Of a stretch of 64,000 nucleotides of DNA, positions 23,271 to 35,300 are shown piece by piece. The stretch is from Isurus oxyrinchus (lineage: Eukaryota), in NCBI GenBank assembly GCA_026770705.1, contig JANJGN010000008.1:129146001-129210000 (forward strand). The letters are read 5' to 3'. The notes below the pieces were generated by a model. That model worked only from the letters and a program-made list of their open reading frames with translations, was not told where the DNA came from and did no database searches. Position numbers and translations under genes: made by a program. Positions within the stretch are counted from its first letter, which is position 1. Each line of letters opens with the position of its first letter.

Positions 23271-23739
23271 CAACTCTTTCTCCCACTATCAACCCGCAGA
23301 CCCGACCCGACTCTCTCCAGCCGCCACCACTACCTCGCGACCTGACCCAATTGCTCACCCATCCACTCACTCAACCACCATCTCCCAATCACTCACTCAC
23401 TCACCCACCCCCTCACTAATTCATTCACTCACTCAGTCACCCGCTCACCCACCCACTCATGCGCTAACCCACTGAAAGACTTACCTGAATACAACAGCTA
23501 ATGTTTTAAAATGGGGGTGTGTCCTCTCTTCGCCTGTCTTCTCCTGTGCTTGTCGGTCTTCCACAGGGATAGCTGCGCTGACCCATTGCTGCTGTAGTTA
23601 GGATCAGAAGTCCTGGCTGAAATAACATAAAATGTTCAGGGCACAGAAATCTTTATGGGCAGCAAGAATGCACCCAGCATCAGTGCTGATCAGAACATCT
23701 TGGCCTATAACTTATTCTCATATATAAATACATACATAT

Positions 23740-24235
23740 AGTGTCAGCTATAGCTCAGTTGATATCACTATTGCATCCGACTCAGAGATTGGGAGTTGAA
23801 GTCCCACTCCAGAGACTTGAGCATAAAAATCTAGGATGGCACTCCAGTGCAATAATGCAATGTCAGATGAGACATTTAACTGAGGCTCTGTCTTCCCTCA
23901 GAGGTAAAAGATCCCATTACACTAGTTTGAAGAAGATGTCTTGTGGATACTATTTCCAGTCTGTTAGTTGTAATGGACATATCACCAATTTCCCAATAGG
24001 TACAGCCAGCAAGTGAGGCTCTATACCACCACTGACGGACATCAGTATCCCTCAATCAATATCACATAATCGTTACCTCATTGCTGTTTGTGAGAGCTTT
24101 CTACGTGCAAAACGGCTGCCTTGTTTTCGACATTACAACAGAAACTTCACTTCAAAACTACTTTGTTGGTTCTAAAATATTTTGGGATTTCCTGAAGTCA
24201 TGAAAGATGTTATAACAATATAAGTCTTTTCTTTC
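23740..24235 (+). mobile_element. tRNA-derived SINE (Deu-domain/SacSINE1-like) with internal insertion
   Basis: tagctcagttg A-box-like and gttgaagtccc B-box-like head, central aaagatccc block, tail ending aagtctttt. Confidence 0.65.
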
Positions 24236-24367
24236 ATTCCTGAGGGATAATCCAAAATCTGAGCCTTTGAATGCTCAAATAAATAACTAACCAAATTATC
24301 CAAAAAATTGTTGAAATATAAATTTTGATACAAACTACATAAACCCTATGTATATACATATACATAA

Positions 24368-24778
24368 AGGGGTGATGGTGGCATAGTCGTAATGTAACTG
24401 AACTAGCACTCCAGAGGTTGAAGCTAACACTCTTGGGATATGAGTTCAAATCCTACCATGGTAGCTGGTGGAATTTGATTTCAGTTAATAAAATATGGAA
24501 TAAAAAGCTAATCTCAGTAATGGTGACCATGAAGCTATTATTGATTGTTGTAAAAAAAAACTATCTGGTTCACTACTGCCCTTTAGGGAAGGAAATCTGC
24601 CATCTTTACCTGGTCAAGCTTACATGTGACTCCAGATCCACAGCAATGTGGTTGACTCTTAACTACCCTCTGAAATGGCCTCACAAGCTACTCAGTTCTG
24701 GGCAATTAGGGATGGGTAACAAATGCTGGCCTTGCCAGTGACACTCACATCCCATGAAAGAATAAATAAAAAAAAAAC
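24368..24778 (+). mobile_element. tRNA-derived SINE with LINE-derived 3' tail
   Basis: A box tggcatagtcg, B box gagttcaaatcc, 3' end cacatcccatgaaagaataaa(A)n shared with the LINE at 44700-45350. Confidence 0.8.
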
Positions 24779-25774
24779 ATATTTTTTAAACTTGAGTCTT
24801 TGTTCACCTTTTATTTCTTAACTTCAAACTCAAAAGTTGATTGTACATACAGTTGCAAATACTTTGGTTCAAATTGCATGGATCGAGAACTAGAATCTTT
24901 CAAAGTTAGAAATGGCCATTCCATTGAATTGGGTTGCATATATATATTCATTATTCCTTTTCAGTTTCCCAGTCTCCAGTGCTGGGTTAACATTGTTGTT
25001 CCCATACATAATTGGTGATATGACTGTTAAGTAACTTGAGAGGCACCTGATCAGTATTATTGCAGAAGTATCCAACTGGTCGTGTTTGTGATAACAGAGT
25101 TAACAAACTTCTATAGCAAAAATTAATGCATTTGAAAATTGAATTAAGTGGCTTTTTAACTTGTTTCAGTTAAATACGGGCGCAAGACTCACATCGTGAT
25201 TTCTGGTAAACACCCGCTAAATGTACCTCTAAGAATAATCAACTTATCTGAATGACTTCTTAGGAAATTTCACAATTTCAATCATGCAAAAGAAAAGATG
25301 CCAATACTGAAAAAGCAATGGTTAGGTGAAGCTCATTGAGAGACATCTTCAGCAATAAAAATAGTGGTCATTCTTTCGGAGGTAAATCAGTGCTTAAGAA
25401 ATCCCAGGAAAGGAAACGCAGAGTCTAATTACTGAGCTTTCAGTGGTGGTGTGGAGCCTCACTTGCTGGTTGTACCTACTGGGAGATCAGTGATATGCCC
25501 ATTAAAGCTAACAGACTGAAAATATTATCCACAATTTGCTGCTGAACAGAGTCTGGAATGTAAAGCTTGCTATCAGCGCGGCAAAATCAGGATGTTGAGC
25601 AGCACATCTTGATGAATGTTGGCTAGGGTACAGATATTGATTTTCAACTATCGTCATTTTATTGTATCCAACTGGAAACTACCTGCATCTTTTTGGTTTC
25701 TAATGCAGCTAAAAGACAGTTGACTATAATGGTTGAAATCACACTGTGCCATATTACATGGAGAAAGTGTAAAA

Positions 25775-26180
25775 AAAATGCACAAATTATGCCAGAACTG
25801 AGAGGCTATACTTATTAGGCAAGATTGAACTGTCTGGGGCTCTTTAGACAGACGTGTGACCTGATTTGAAGTCTTTAAGCTTACAAAAGGATTTGATAGG
25901 GTAGATGTAGAGAAGATGTTGCGGGGAGACTGGATCTAGGAACCTTAGGTATCAGCTAGTCATGAATAAATCCAATAGGGACTTCAGGAGAAACTCCTTT
26001 ATCCAGAGAGTGGTTAGAATGTGAAACTCACAACCACAAGGAATAGTTGGGATAACTACCACAGATGCATTTTTGGGAAAGTTGAACACATGAGGGAGAA
26101 AAGAGTAGAAAGATATGTTGATGGGGTGAGGTTGAGAGGAGTAGGAATAAGATTATGTGGAGCTTAAACATTGACCAATC
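25775..26180 (+). mobile_element. CR1 LINE 3' remnant
   Basis: atgccagaactgagagg...cagagagtggttagaatgtgaaactc, decayed CR1 ORF2 end. Confidence 0.7.
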
Positions 26181-26247
26181 ATTGACCAAATTAACCATAA
26201 AAATGTTGAAATATTATTTTTGATACAAACTACATAAACAATGTGCT

Positions 26248-26405
26248 GGGGAGGTGGTGGCAGAGTGGTAATGTAACTGAAATAGTTAATCCAGAGGGTG
26301 AGGTAAATGCTCTTGGGATATGAGTTCAAATCCTAACATGGTAGCTGACAGAATTCAAATTCAGTTAATAAAATCTGGAATATAAAACTAATCTCAGTAA
26401 TGGTG
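26248..26405 (+). mobile_element. 5' half of tRNA-derived SINE (same family as 24368)
   Basis: tggcagagtgg A box, gagttcaaatcc B box; aligns with 24368-24525. Confidence 0.8.
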
Positions 26406-27206
26406 TTGAGCTAATTGTCTTCTGTGTTTGTAAATGCTTGTATTAGAATCCTCTGTTTGGTATCAAAACAAAGATTTTTAATCTAATTTAAATAAACAAT
26501 CCTAGTGCTCGGCAATATGAAGGATGATTGCATGAAAAGCGTTTCCATTTTCAAGTACCCCACATCATGCATGCCCAGGCTAAGGGGAGGGACACAGGAA
26601 GACCAGCAGATTGCATAAAGGTAAATTGTAAAGTATCTTATAAATTCTTAAAATGTAAAACAATAGTTAAAGTAAGAAGAGGACCAATTAAATAAACAAG
26701 TTCTTACAGAGGATGAAGTAAAACAATGGAAGCTAAGTGAGTACTTTGCCTCATATTTTACAACTAATGACAGTGGGAGTGAGGGTCCAAGAGGAGGGGA
26801 AAGATACCAGTAGATAAGGTAGCTATGGATAAGAGGAGTAATGAAATAATCATTGAAACTCATTGCTGTACTTGATGGCACATATCCCAGAATACTGAGG
26901 GAGGTCAGTCAGGCTATTTCAGCAGCTCTGATGGCAATTTTTTAAAATTCTCGGATATGGAAGCTGTGACAGAGGACTAGAAGATTGACGTTGAAACACC
27001 TGAGTTCCAAAAGCGATAAACCCATTAACTGTAGTGTAGTCATCCTAACAATAAAAGTAATACTCATTCATAAAGATATAGGAACAGGACTAGGCTATTT
27101 AGCCTCTTTAGCCTATTCTGCCATTCAACAAGATCATGTGACCTAATTCCATACATCTGCCTTTGTCCCACATCCCTTAATACTTTTTGTCAATACAAAA
27201 TTAGCA

Positions 27207-27760
27207 ATTGCTTGGAGGGAGCTCAGTAGAGCTCATACCTCAGCAGTACTCTGTTAACTCAACATTTTTACAATCATGCAGCTCTTTCTTGAGGCCTTTC
27301 CCTGCCAGGTTCATGGTCTGTAAATACAAAGCTGAAAAAATAAATGTTTTTATTAAGGGCTTTCATCTCACAGAGGAAGCTTTAGGCCAATCCCCATCTA
27401 ACAACCTGCTCCAAAGACTCTGCTCACCTTTTGACAGCCGCGACAAATCCCACCATAGCAGCTGAGACAATCTACAACATTCTAAAACAATCAACAGCAT
27501 TCTAAATAAAATAACGCACAACATTCTTAAAAAAAGTCAATTCACCCTATCTCTCAATGTTAACAGATCCTTTAAAAATTTCCAGGATCTGGATCTGTAT
27601 CTTTGCCAAAACCTAAGCAGCTCTTCCTTGGGCCATACCCTATTTGTGTGCCAAGTTTCATTGAGATCTGTCTATTAGTTTTTGAGATATATTGTTTGCA
27701 AATATACTAACAAACGGGAGAAAACATTACCTCTGCCCACCTTCAGTGGCAGAGATAATT
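27207..27760 (+). mobile_element. Putative Helentron-associated non-autonomous element
   Basis: ccaagtttcattgagatc...gtttttgagata block and a 3'-terminal hairpin attacctctgcc...ggcagagataat; family assignment is by resemblance only. Confidence 0.4.
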
Positions 27761-27800
27761 AAAAATTTATCTAACTTGAGTATTGCGGAAAAGAGGTGTT

Positions 27801-27836
27801 TTGTTGAAGCTTTTCATCTTGCACTCATCAGGACAA
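27801..27836 (-). ncRNA. Minimal hammerhead ribozyme motif (family B, canonical core)
   Basis: ttgtc-CTGATGA-gtgcaagat-GAAA-agct-TC-aacaa; AAGCTT palindrome; deviations from pairing are CpG-type changes. Confidence 0.8.
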
Positions 27837-27870
27837 TTGTGAGAATACCAATGCCAAGGGAAACAACTAC

Positions 27871-28025
27871 TTTATACTATATGAGAAGACAGTGCTGATT
27901 GGTTGGCAAGTGGACTCTGATTGGTAGAGGCATTGCCATGGAAAATGCATCACTTAATGGTGACTGACAGTTAACTGCCAAACATTGTTTGAAATTTTAA
28001 ACCAGGGAGCTTGACTCTGATTGGT
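27871..28025 (-). promoter_or_regulatory. Putative Pol II promoter of the family B terminal repeat (3x CCAAT, X-box-like, TATA)
   Basis: ACCAATCAG at 27895-27903, 27917-27925 and 28017-28025; TATAAA at 27871-27876; TATAAA also at 51629 and 56322 in the other copies. Confidence 0.6.
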
Positions 28026-28403
28026 CAAGGCCTTACCCTGAGAAATGAACCAGCAAATGGCTATAATTTCGTTTGTTTAGCTGAAACAGGTACAAGATGA
28101 AAAGCTTTGACAAAATATCTCTTTTCAGCAATACTCAGGTTCTGTAATACCAAACAACAATTTATCTAACAGTAATTGCCATTTGCAGAAGAAAGTCCCA
28201 AACTTTGATCATGCTTTTTATGAAGAAGTGTTTCTTAATTTCACTCCTGAAAGGTCTGGCTGTAATTGTTACAGCACCCCACCCCCCCCCCCCCCCTGCC
28301 CCCCCAAATTCTAAACCCAACTAATGGAAATATGAATAAAACAGAGATTTTGGAAATACTCAGCAGGTCAGGTAGAATATGTGGAGAGAGAAACAAAGAC
28401 AAT

Positions 28404-29425
28404 GACCAAATCTTCCAGTCTCTGAATTGTCGGAGAGTGGGCATACAACCTAAGATGGCAGTCAGGACCCCACGGAAGTTCCGACATGTTGACCTCCGTG
28501 GGAATTGGCTCAGAATTTGGAACTTCCAATCAGCAACTCAGAGTCAGAGACTTCGTACAGTTCTGTCAAACTTACTGGGGGTGTTACCCAGGAAAAGTTA
28601 AATCAATTAAAAGCTATTCTAACTCCAAGGTAACTACAGAACTGACCCTCTAATCATTCACACTGAACCTCCCCCCCACCCTCCCCCCGCTACCCCCCAC
28701 ATCTGACCTTACCCAACTCGACAACAAGGAGCAGAACTACCCCCCACCAACCAACTACTCCCAACCCATCCAACAACACCCCAACCCACCTACCCTCTCA
28801 CCCACACACCAACCTGCCACTTCACATGCCTGCCATCCAACCCACCTACCACCTCACCCACCAGCCACCCCACCCACCTACAACCCTACCCACCTATCAT
28901 GCATCCACCTACAACCCTACCCCCCTATCAGGCTTCCATCTAATACCTCATCCACCTGCTAACCTACCCACTTACCGCTTCACCCATCTGCCATCCTACC
29001 CATCTGCCACCCTATGCTACACATCTCCACCCTACCCACCTACCACCTCACTCACCTGCTACCCTACCACCTCACACACCTACAACCCTATCCACCTGTC
29101 ACCATACCCACTTACCTCATCCGCCTACCTACCCTACCAACCTACCCATTCACTCATTCATCCACTCATCCATTCACTCATTCATTGACATGCACATTGG
29201 ACCTTTAAACCTACCTTATGGCAGCTAATGCTGCAAAAAGGGGGCGGGTCCCATCTTCCCCCTGATGCTACAGCGCTGAGGTGGAGTTCTCTGAGGGATG
29301 CTATGCTGTGCATAGAAACCAGGCTCAGAAGACCCAGCAAGAAATGCATGGCAGCACCGAGATGCGGAAAAGTTTGAGCGGAGCAGCAATCTGATGATGA
29401 TTGCCACTTATGGAAGATCTAGGCT
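28404..29425. mobile_element. Non-autonomous Harbinger-like TIR element with C-rich low-complexity core
   Basis: TIRs gaccaaatcttcca / tggaagatctaggct, aat/aat flanks; splits a PLE end remnant (28335-28400 joins 29426-29460). Confidence 0.6.
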
Positions 29426-31634
29426 AATGTTTCAGATCAATGTCTTTGGCTTCAACTGAAATAATTATCCTCTATCTAACCTGTCCCTTCCCCTAAATAT
29501 CTTGAAAACTTCACTCAAATCAACCTTTAACATTTTAAATGCCAGGGAATACATCCCTACTTTATTTAATCTCTCCTCACAATTTAACACTTGGAGTTCA
29601 GGCATCATTCTGGTAAATCTATGCTGCACTCCCTGCCAATATATCCTTCCCAAAGTGTTAGGTGTCCAGAACTGCTCAAACACTCCAGCTATGCTCTAAC
29701 CATGACTTTGTGGAGCTGAAACGTAACTGTTACCCCTTGTAATCTATTTCTCTAGAGATAATGGTCAGCATTCCATTAGCATTTTTGATTATTGTCTGTA
29801 GCTGTTTATGGCATCTTAATGATCTATGTACCTGGAGCCCCAAATCTCTTTGCACCTCCACTGTTTCTTGCTTTTCATCATTTAGAAAGTACTTTGGTCC
29901 CAAGTTGACCTTACATTTGCTGACATTGAGATCCATTTCCATGTTTGTTTATTGGTTTAATGCAGGCCAGTCAACCGAGTGTTATAAAAGACTGACAGAA
30001 TTAGAAGGGTTCATTGAGGAAATCAGTGATCAAGAAAATACAGTGAATTTTGTTTTTATGAATTTTATAAAGCTGTTTGATAAGGTGCCACATAGAGGGC
30101 AGACTGATAAAATTAGCACTCCCACAAATAAAAATTCAAGTGTTCCCATTTTTGTACAAACTCCACCATCAGCTATTAAGGACCCCTCTCCTCTCGCTTT
30201 TCATGCATGCAGCATAATGAAAGGTGAAAGGCAAGGAATCCCCTTCTACCCTTGTTCCACTACATTTCACACTCATACAATATCTGCCCCAAATGAAAGT
30301 GCAAACCCAGTTACATAGAAGTTACTAGAGGGAACAAGACCAAGTTTCACCCCAGTCACCATCTGCCATCCTGGCAGTTGCATGATACAACAAAAACTGA
30401 CTTGTTAACTAATTATAACATAGTTAATCCCACTGTGGCAAACCCTGCAAATGCTAGGCCATCTAGTCTTGTGATATGATGTGCATGTACCTTTAAGGGT
30501 ATTGTATCTTAAACTGCTGTATAATCCCATGATTCTGTAGAACACAGCAACAGTCCTACAGGTCAGACATGTCTACATAACCTTCCAGTTATCATTATCT
30601 GTTTCTAGTCTTATCTGCAAATGAAGAACCCAAATTATTGTTTCACCAATCCTTGGCACATGATTGGTACTTCGGCAATAAACGGAAGAATGCAACATTT
30701 AGTGTGGGCAAGGATCTGAAGTAATAGCATTCCCCTTTTACCTTTTCACCTTCTCTGGGAAGTAAGAATTCTCCAGAGACTACAATGAGGAAAACTGGCT
30801 GAGTACTTTTTTCTTTTGGCAATGTTAAATAAAAGTTCTTTAAAGTTGTTGCCTCCTTTTCTTCCTCCAGTTCTTAAGTATTGCCACCAGCCAACAGGCA
30901 ATTGAATCAAGGATCTCCTCACTTGATGTCTGGAGAGGACTCTGGTTTCACTCGTCTACAGTTCTGTAAACTCTCCAGCCAACTTTGGATGGCTACTTAG
31001 CATTTCAGTGCATCACCCAACTCCTTATCGTCTTGCACTGTGCAATGGAACAGAAGAAAACTGGCTGTGAAGAAGATCAATTTGTCTATATTAAGTATTT
31101 AATCCGATTGAAATTGCATTCATTAAAATAAATACAGAAAATCTTTATGCATTTCAGGAGCAAAGCTGTGCACAGTGGTTAAGATTGTTCAAATTAATAA
31201 TGGGATATTTAACCATTAATACAAAAATGATAATAAAATTGCCATTTACTGACTCAGTTTCAATTAATATGTTGTGCATTTTATACTGCAATTATTTCCA
31301 AAATGACTGAAATTAGAATTTGTTATGTGCTTCTGACATCATGTTTCCTTCTTAGAATTATGACTAAAGTTATCAGCTGACTTTTGCCACAGAACAGTTG
31401 GTAAATGCACTATCAGTTCTGGAGTTGATCCATGGAGCCTAGGGCTGGTTGTCTTTGAGTTAATGGATCCCAGCTCGGATAGCAATAAGGTTGCAGTCAG
31501 AGATTTGGATTGAGCTAAAAGTAAGAAATCCATTTTACACTAAATAATGTCTTATATGCTCTACTGTATTCCAATATTAATTTATTTCTGTATAAAAATA
31601 AAATGTAATAAAATCAAATGATTTAATAAATAGA

Positions 31635-32065
31635 GGCATTAACACTAACCACCTCTGCCACTGCCTCCCAGGCCAGAGTGGTGAGACTGATGGGTCTCCC
31701 GTGGCCAGAGCCGGGGTAGAGGACATCACAACGGGCCTCCATGACATCCAGAAGGTGGCCCAGGGATGGGTCACTGAATCAGGGGGCTGCAGTCTTCTTG
31801 GCATTTGGGGCCACGTCTTCACCAGCGCAGTCCTGAGTTACAAGCATTGAGAAGTGCAGCTGCAGCCTAAATATGGCACCCTGTGTGAGGAAGCGGCAAG
31901 GTAACAGTATGGCGGGCAAATCAGATGTCGCACACCAGCCAGACGGCATGTTTCCTGTGGTTGCATAGTTAACGAGGCATGAAAACCCACCATTGCTGCC
32001 GATGAGTAAAACAACAATTTTCCCACTTGCTACTGCGCTTTGCACAAATTTGAGATGATTCCGCC
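31635..32065 (-). mobile_element. Terminal fragment of a Harbinger element (start of Myb/SANT-like ORF)
   Basis: Colinear with 62080-62541 including the terminus gattccgcc. Confidence 0.6.
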
Positions 32066-32399
32066 TACTGACTTTCTTCCCTCACTCTCCCAGGACAAAG
32101 TAGCCTACAATACAAAGGAGCAGCAGAGAAACAGCAGAAGCCAGGAACATCTTCACCCACTGAGCCCAACGAAGGAGATGCCTCTCAGCATCATGGAGCT
32201 GACTATGACAGAATCCATAGCACCGACAAGACCATTCATTGCCATTTTACTGCTTATACCCACTTTCAACCCCCACCTCGCCCTCATTCTGCTACCTGGC
32301 ATGATGTACACGCTGTGCATATGAACATAGACCTCTTGCTTCCCTTTCAAGCCTCATCACCTGATTTTATATTTTCAGATATTCAAGATACACACCTAG

Positions 32400-35300
32400 T
32401 CAGCCACAGCATACCCAAAAGTACAGCTGCATAGCAAGGTGAGAATGGCTCATGGCCATCAAGATCATTATAGTCCTCAAAGTTCATGCCAGCAGAATCT
32501 CTGGGAGACAGCAGGCAACGTTTCCAATATTTGACAGCTCACCGTGAATTACAGCATCTGGGAGGGGATAATCTTCTCTATGACTAGAGAGGTTGAGGAG
32601 GAGTAATCACATGACTTTGCAAGGGTAGCAGGATTCCCAATAGTACAGATCAATTGCACTCATGTGGCTCTGCAGGCCCCACATATACATGGAAAGATGT
32701 ACTGTGACCGTAAGGGCTACCATTCCCTGGATGTTCATTTGATGTGTGACCATGCAGAGAATCATGTCAGTGAATACGTTAATGCTAAAAGGTTAGTCAA
32801 GGAAAAAGTGGAACCTATCAGAGATGAAGATGGAAACTTGTGTATAGATGCAGAGGCTGTGGGAAGGGTTTTGAATGAATATTTTATCTCTGTGTTTACA
32901 AAGGAAAGGGAGGATGTAGATATAGTAGTTCAGGAGGAACACAGCGAGATATTGGATGGGATAGTCATAAAGAGAAAGTACTCAAAGAGTTGAAATCCGT
33001 GAAAGTTGATAAGTCACCAGGGCCAGATGGATTGTTTCCAAGGCTGCTGAAGGAAGTCAGGGAGGAGATAGCACATCTGAGGATGATTTTCCAATCTTCA
33101 CTAGATACAGAGGAGATACCAGAGGACTGGAGAAATGCAAACGAAGTTCCATTGTTTAAAAAGGGATCAAAGGAAATGCCAAACAATTATAAGCCAGTTA
33201 GTCTTAAATCGATGGTGAGCAAATTAGTAGAATCAGCCCTGAGAGATAGGATTAACAGTCATGTGGAAAGGCATGGACTAGTCAAGGATGGTCAGCATGG
33301 ATTTGTTAAAGGAAGGTCTCCCTCACAAATTTGATTGAATTCTTTGAAGAAATGACAAGAAGGGTTGATAAAGGTACTGCAGTGGATGTTGTGTACATGG
33401 AATTTAGCAAGGCATTTGACAAGGTCCCACATGGCAGATTGGTCAGGAAAGTAAAAGCCAATGGGATTCAGGTTAATGTGGCAAACTGGATAAAAGGCTG
33501 ACTTTGTAACAGGAAACAAAGGGTAATGGTTGATGGATGCCCTTGCAAAAGGTGTTCCACAGGACTCGGTGTTGGGACCCTTGCTGTTTGTGTTATATTA
33601 TATATTAACGATTTGGACGTGAACGTGGGGGGCATGATTGGGAAATTTGCAGATGACACAAAGATTGGCCGAGTAGTGGATAGTGTAGAGGATAGCCATA
33701 ATCTTCAAACAATATAGATGGGTTGGTGGAGTGGGCGCTGAAGTGGCAGATGGATTTTAACATAGAGAAGTGTGAGGTCATACATTTAGAGAGGTCAGAA
33801 GGTTACAGGGATTACACAACAAATGGGAATATACTAAGAGGGGTAGATAAAGTGAGAGATCTTGGCATACAAGTACACAGGTCCATGAAGGCAGCAGTTC
33901 AAGTAGACAAGATTGTAAAGAAGACATATGAAATGCTCTCCTTCATCGGCAGAGATATAAAATATAAAAGTAAGGATATAATGTTGGAATTGTATAAAAC
34001 ACTGGTGAGGCCACAACTGGATTATTATGTGCAGTTCTGGTCACCACATTACAGGAAGGATGTAATAGCTCTGGAGAGAGTGCAGAGGAGGTTTACAAGA
34101 ATGTTGCCAGGGTTAGAAAAGTGTAGCTATGAGGAGAGATTGGATAGGTTGGGGTTATTTTCCTTAGAACAAAGAAGGCTGAGAGGTGACTTGATTGAGC
34201 TGTACAAAATTATAAGGGAAATAGAGTAGACAGGATAAAATTGTTTCCCTTGGTAGAGAGTTCTAGATCCGGGGACATAGATTCAAGATAAGTGGCAGGA
34301 TGTGTTGAGGGGACATGAGGAAGAATTTATTTATGCAGAGGGTAATGGGTGTCTGGAATACGCTGCCCAAGTTGGTGGTAGAGGCAGAAACTCTAAACTC
34401 TTTTAAAAAGTACCTGGATCAGCACCTTAAGTGCTGTAAGCTGCAGGACAATGAGTCAGGTGCAGGAAGGTGGGATTAGAAAGGTCACCTAGGTGTCCTC
34501 GGGCTGGCATGGACAAGATGGGCTGAATGGCCTTCTTCTCTGTGCTGTAACCTTTCTATGGTTCTGTGGTTCTAATACCCATTATCCTGGCAGCAGACAC
34601 AATGTATTCAACTTTTGCTAGTTAGGCAAACCCGGAATCTTCAGGCTACCAGAGGCTGGCTCCTTGGTGATAAGGGCTTCTTGCTTTATACCCGCTCATA
34701 CTCATTCTATACCTGGCACATGACTCTCATCCACCACCTAACAATGTTTGAACAGTGTGCCTACCGTGAGCACCATGATACAATTGGGAATGCAAGAAGC
34801 ACTTCATCAGCACCCTCAAACAATGGCCACATTACCTGGACAGCTTGTGGGGGGTTCCTTCAGCTCTCACCAGAGGATGTCTCCAATTTTGTGGTGGTCT
34901 GCTGCATCCTCTACAATGTTGCTCTCAGGAAAGCCAACCAGACATTCCGATGGCACTTTGAGAGGAGTAGGATGAAGAGAAGGAGGAGGGAGAGAAGGCA
35001 CCTGAGCTGTCTTCTCTCAGATGGGCTGTCTGTGGCAGTTTGGTTCCTCTGAAATGACATACCCATATCACCAAATCTCTGCAATTTCCTACCTTTCCAC
35101 TCCTCTGATACGGACAATCACAGAGTCTTCTTTGCCAAAACCCTGAAATAAAAAAAAGCACAAGAAAATCATTCCATAACAATATTATTGAACGACACGT
35201 CCAATAATACATGCAAGATCTTTTGTCTTGGGTGTGCCATGGCTTGTCCTAGTGTTCCTATATAGTGCTACCTTAGTGGCTGCAACGTGGCTGATGGAAG

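Larger units (their letters stand above)
19679..23705. mobile_element. Non-autonomous Harbinger-like TIR element split by PLE copy 4
   Basis: Imperfect TIRs ggcacaaatcttcc / gaacatcttggcc, 3-bp flanks tat/tat; halves 19679-20025 and 23271-23705 are colinear with the uninterrupted relative at 28404-29425. Confidence 0.6.
27776..28158. mobile_element. Miniature inverted PLE insertion, family B
   Basis: Long minus arm 27776-28094, short plus arm 28090-28138 plus ~20-nt tail; 12-bp direct repeat aatttatctaac at 27764-27775 and 28159-28170. Confidence 0.85.
27069..29940 (-). mobile_element. Fragmented CR1 LINE hosting several nested insertions
   Basis: Pieces 27069-27205, 28171-28330 and 29465-29940 read as consecutive CR1 3' sequence (VQHRFTRMMPELQVLNCEERL). 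Confidence 0.65.

Noticed and set aside
20010-23290. TSD for PLE copy 4
   Set aside because: Only a short caac-like match within C/A-rich low-complexity flanks; not convincing.
12994-23419. Many overlapping alternative-frame and antisense ORFs (e.g. 16732-17589, 20842-21699, 21038-21364, 22109-22462)
   Set aside because: Shadows of the C/T-biased PLE coding strand; repeated only because the element is repeated; no independent domain signal.
24368-24460. tRNA gene
   Set aside because: A/B boxes belong to a SINE head; no cloverleaf or terminator, and the body continues into a LINE-derived tail.
28670-29210. Pro/Thr/His-rich ORFs 28826-29188 and 29014-29208
   Set aside because: Translation of low-complexity (CCAC/CTAC)n sequence inside a non-autonomous element.
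30470-30697. Possible short solo LTR (TG...CA with AATAAA)
   Set aside because: No clear TSD or second copy; too weak to call.
30995-31040. Minus-strand acceptor followed by QDDKELGDALKC*
   Set aside because: Single splice-like signal, unrecognised peptide, no supporting neighbouring exons.
32664-35052. Domesticated HARBI1-like host gene
   Set aside because: Stops, frameshifts and a 1.8-kb CR1 insertion show a dead transposon.
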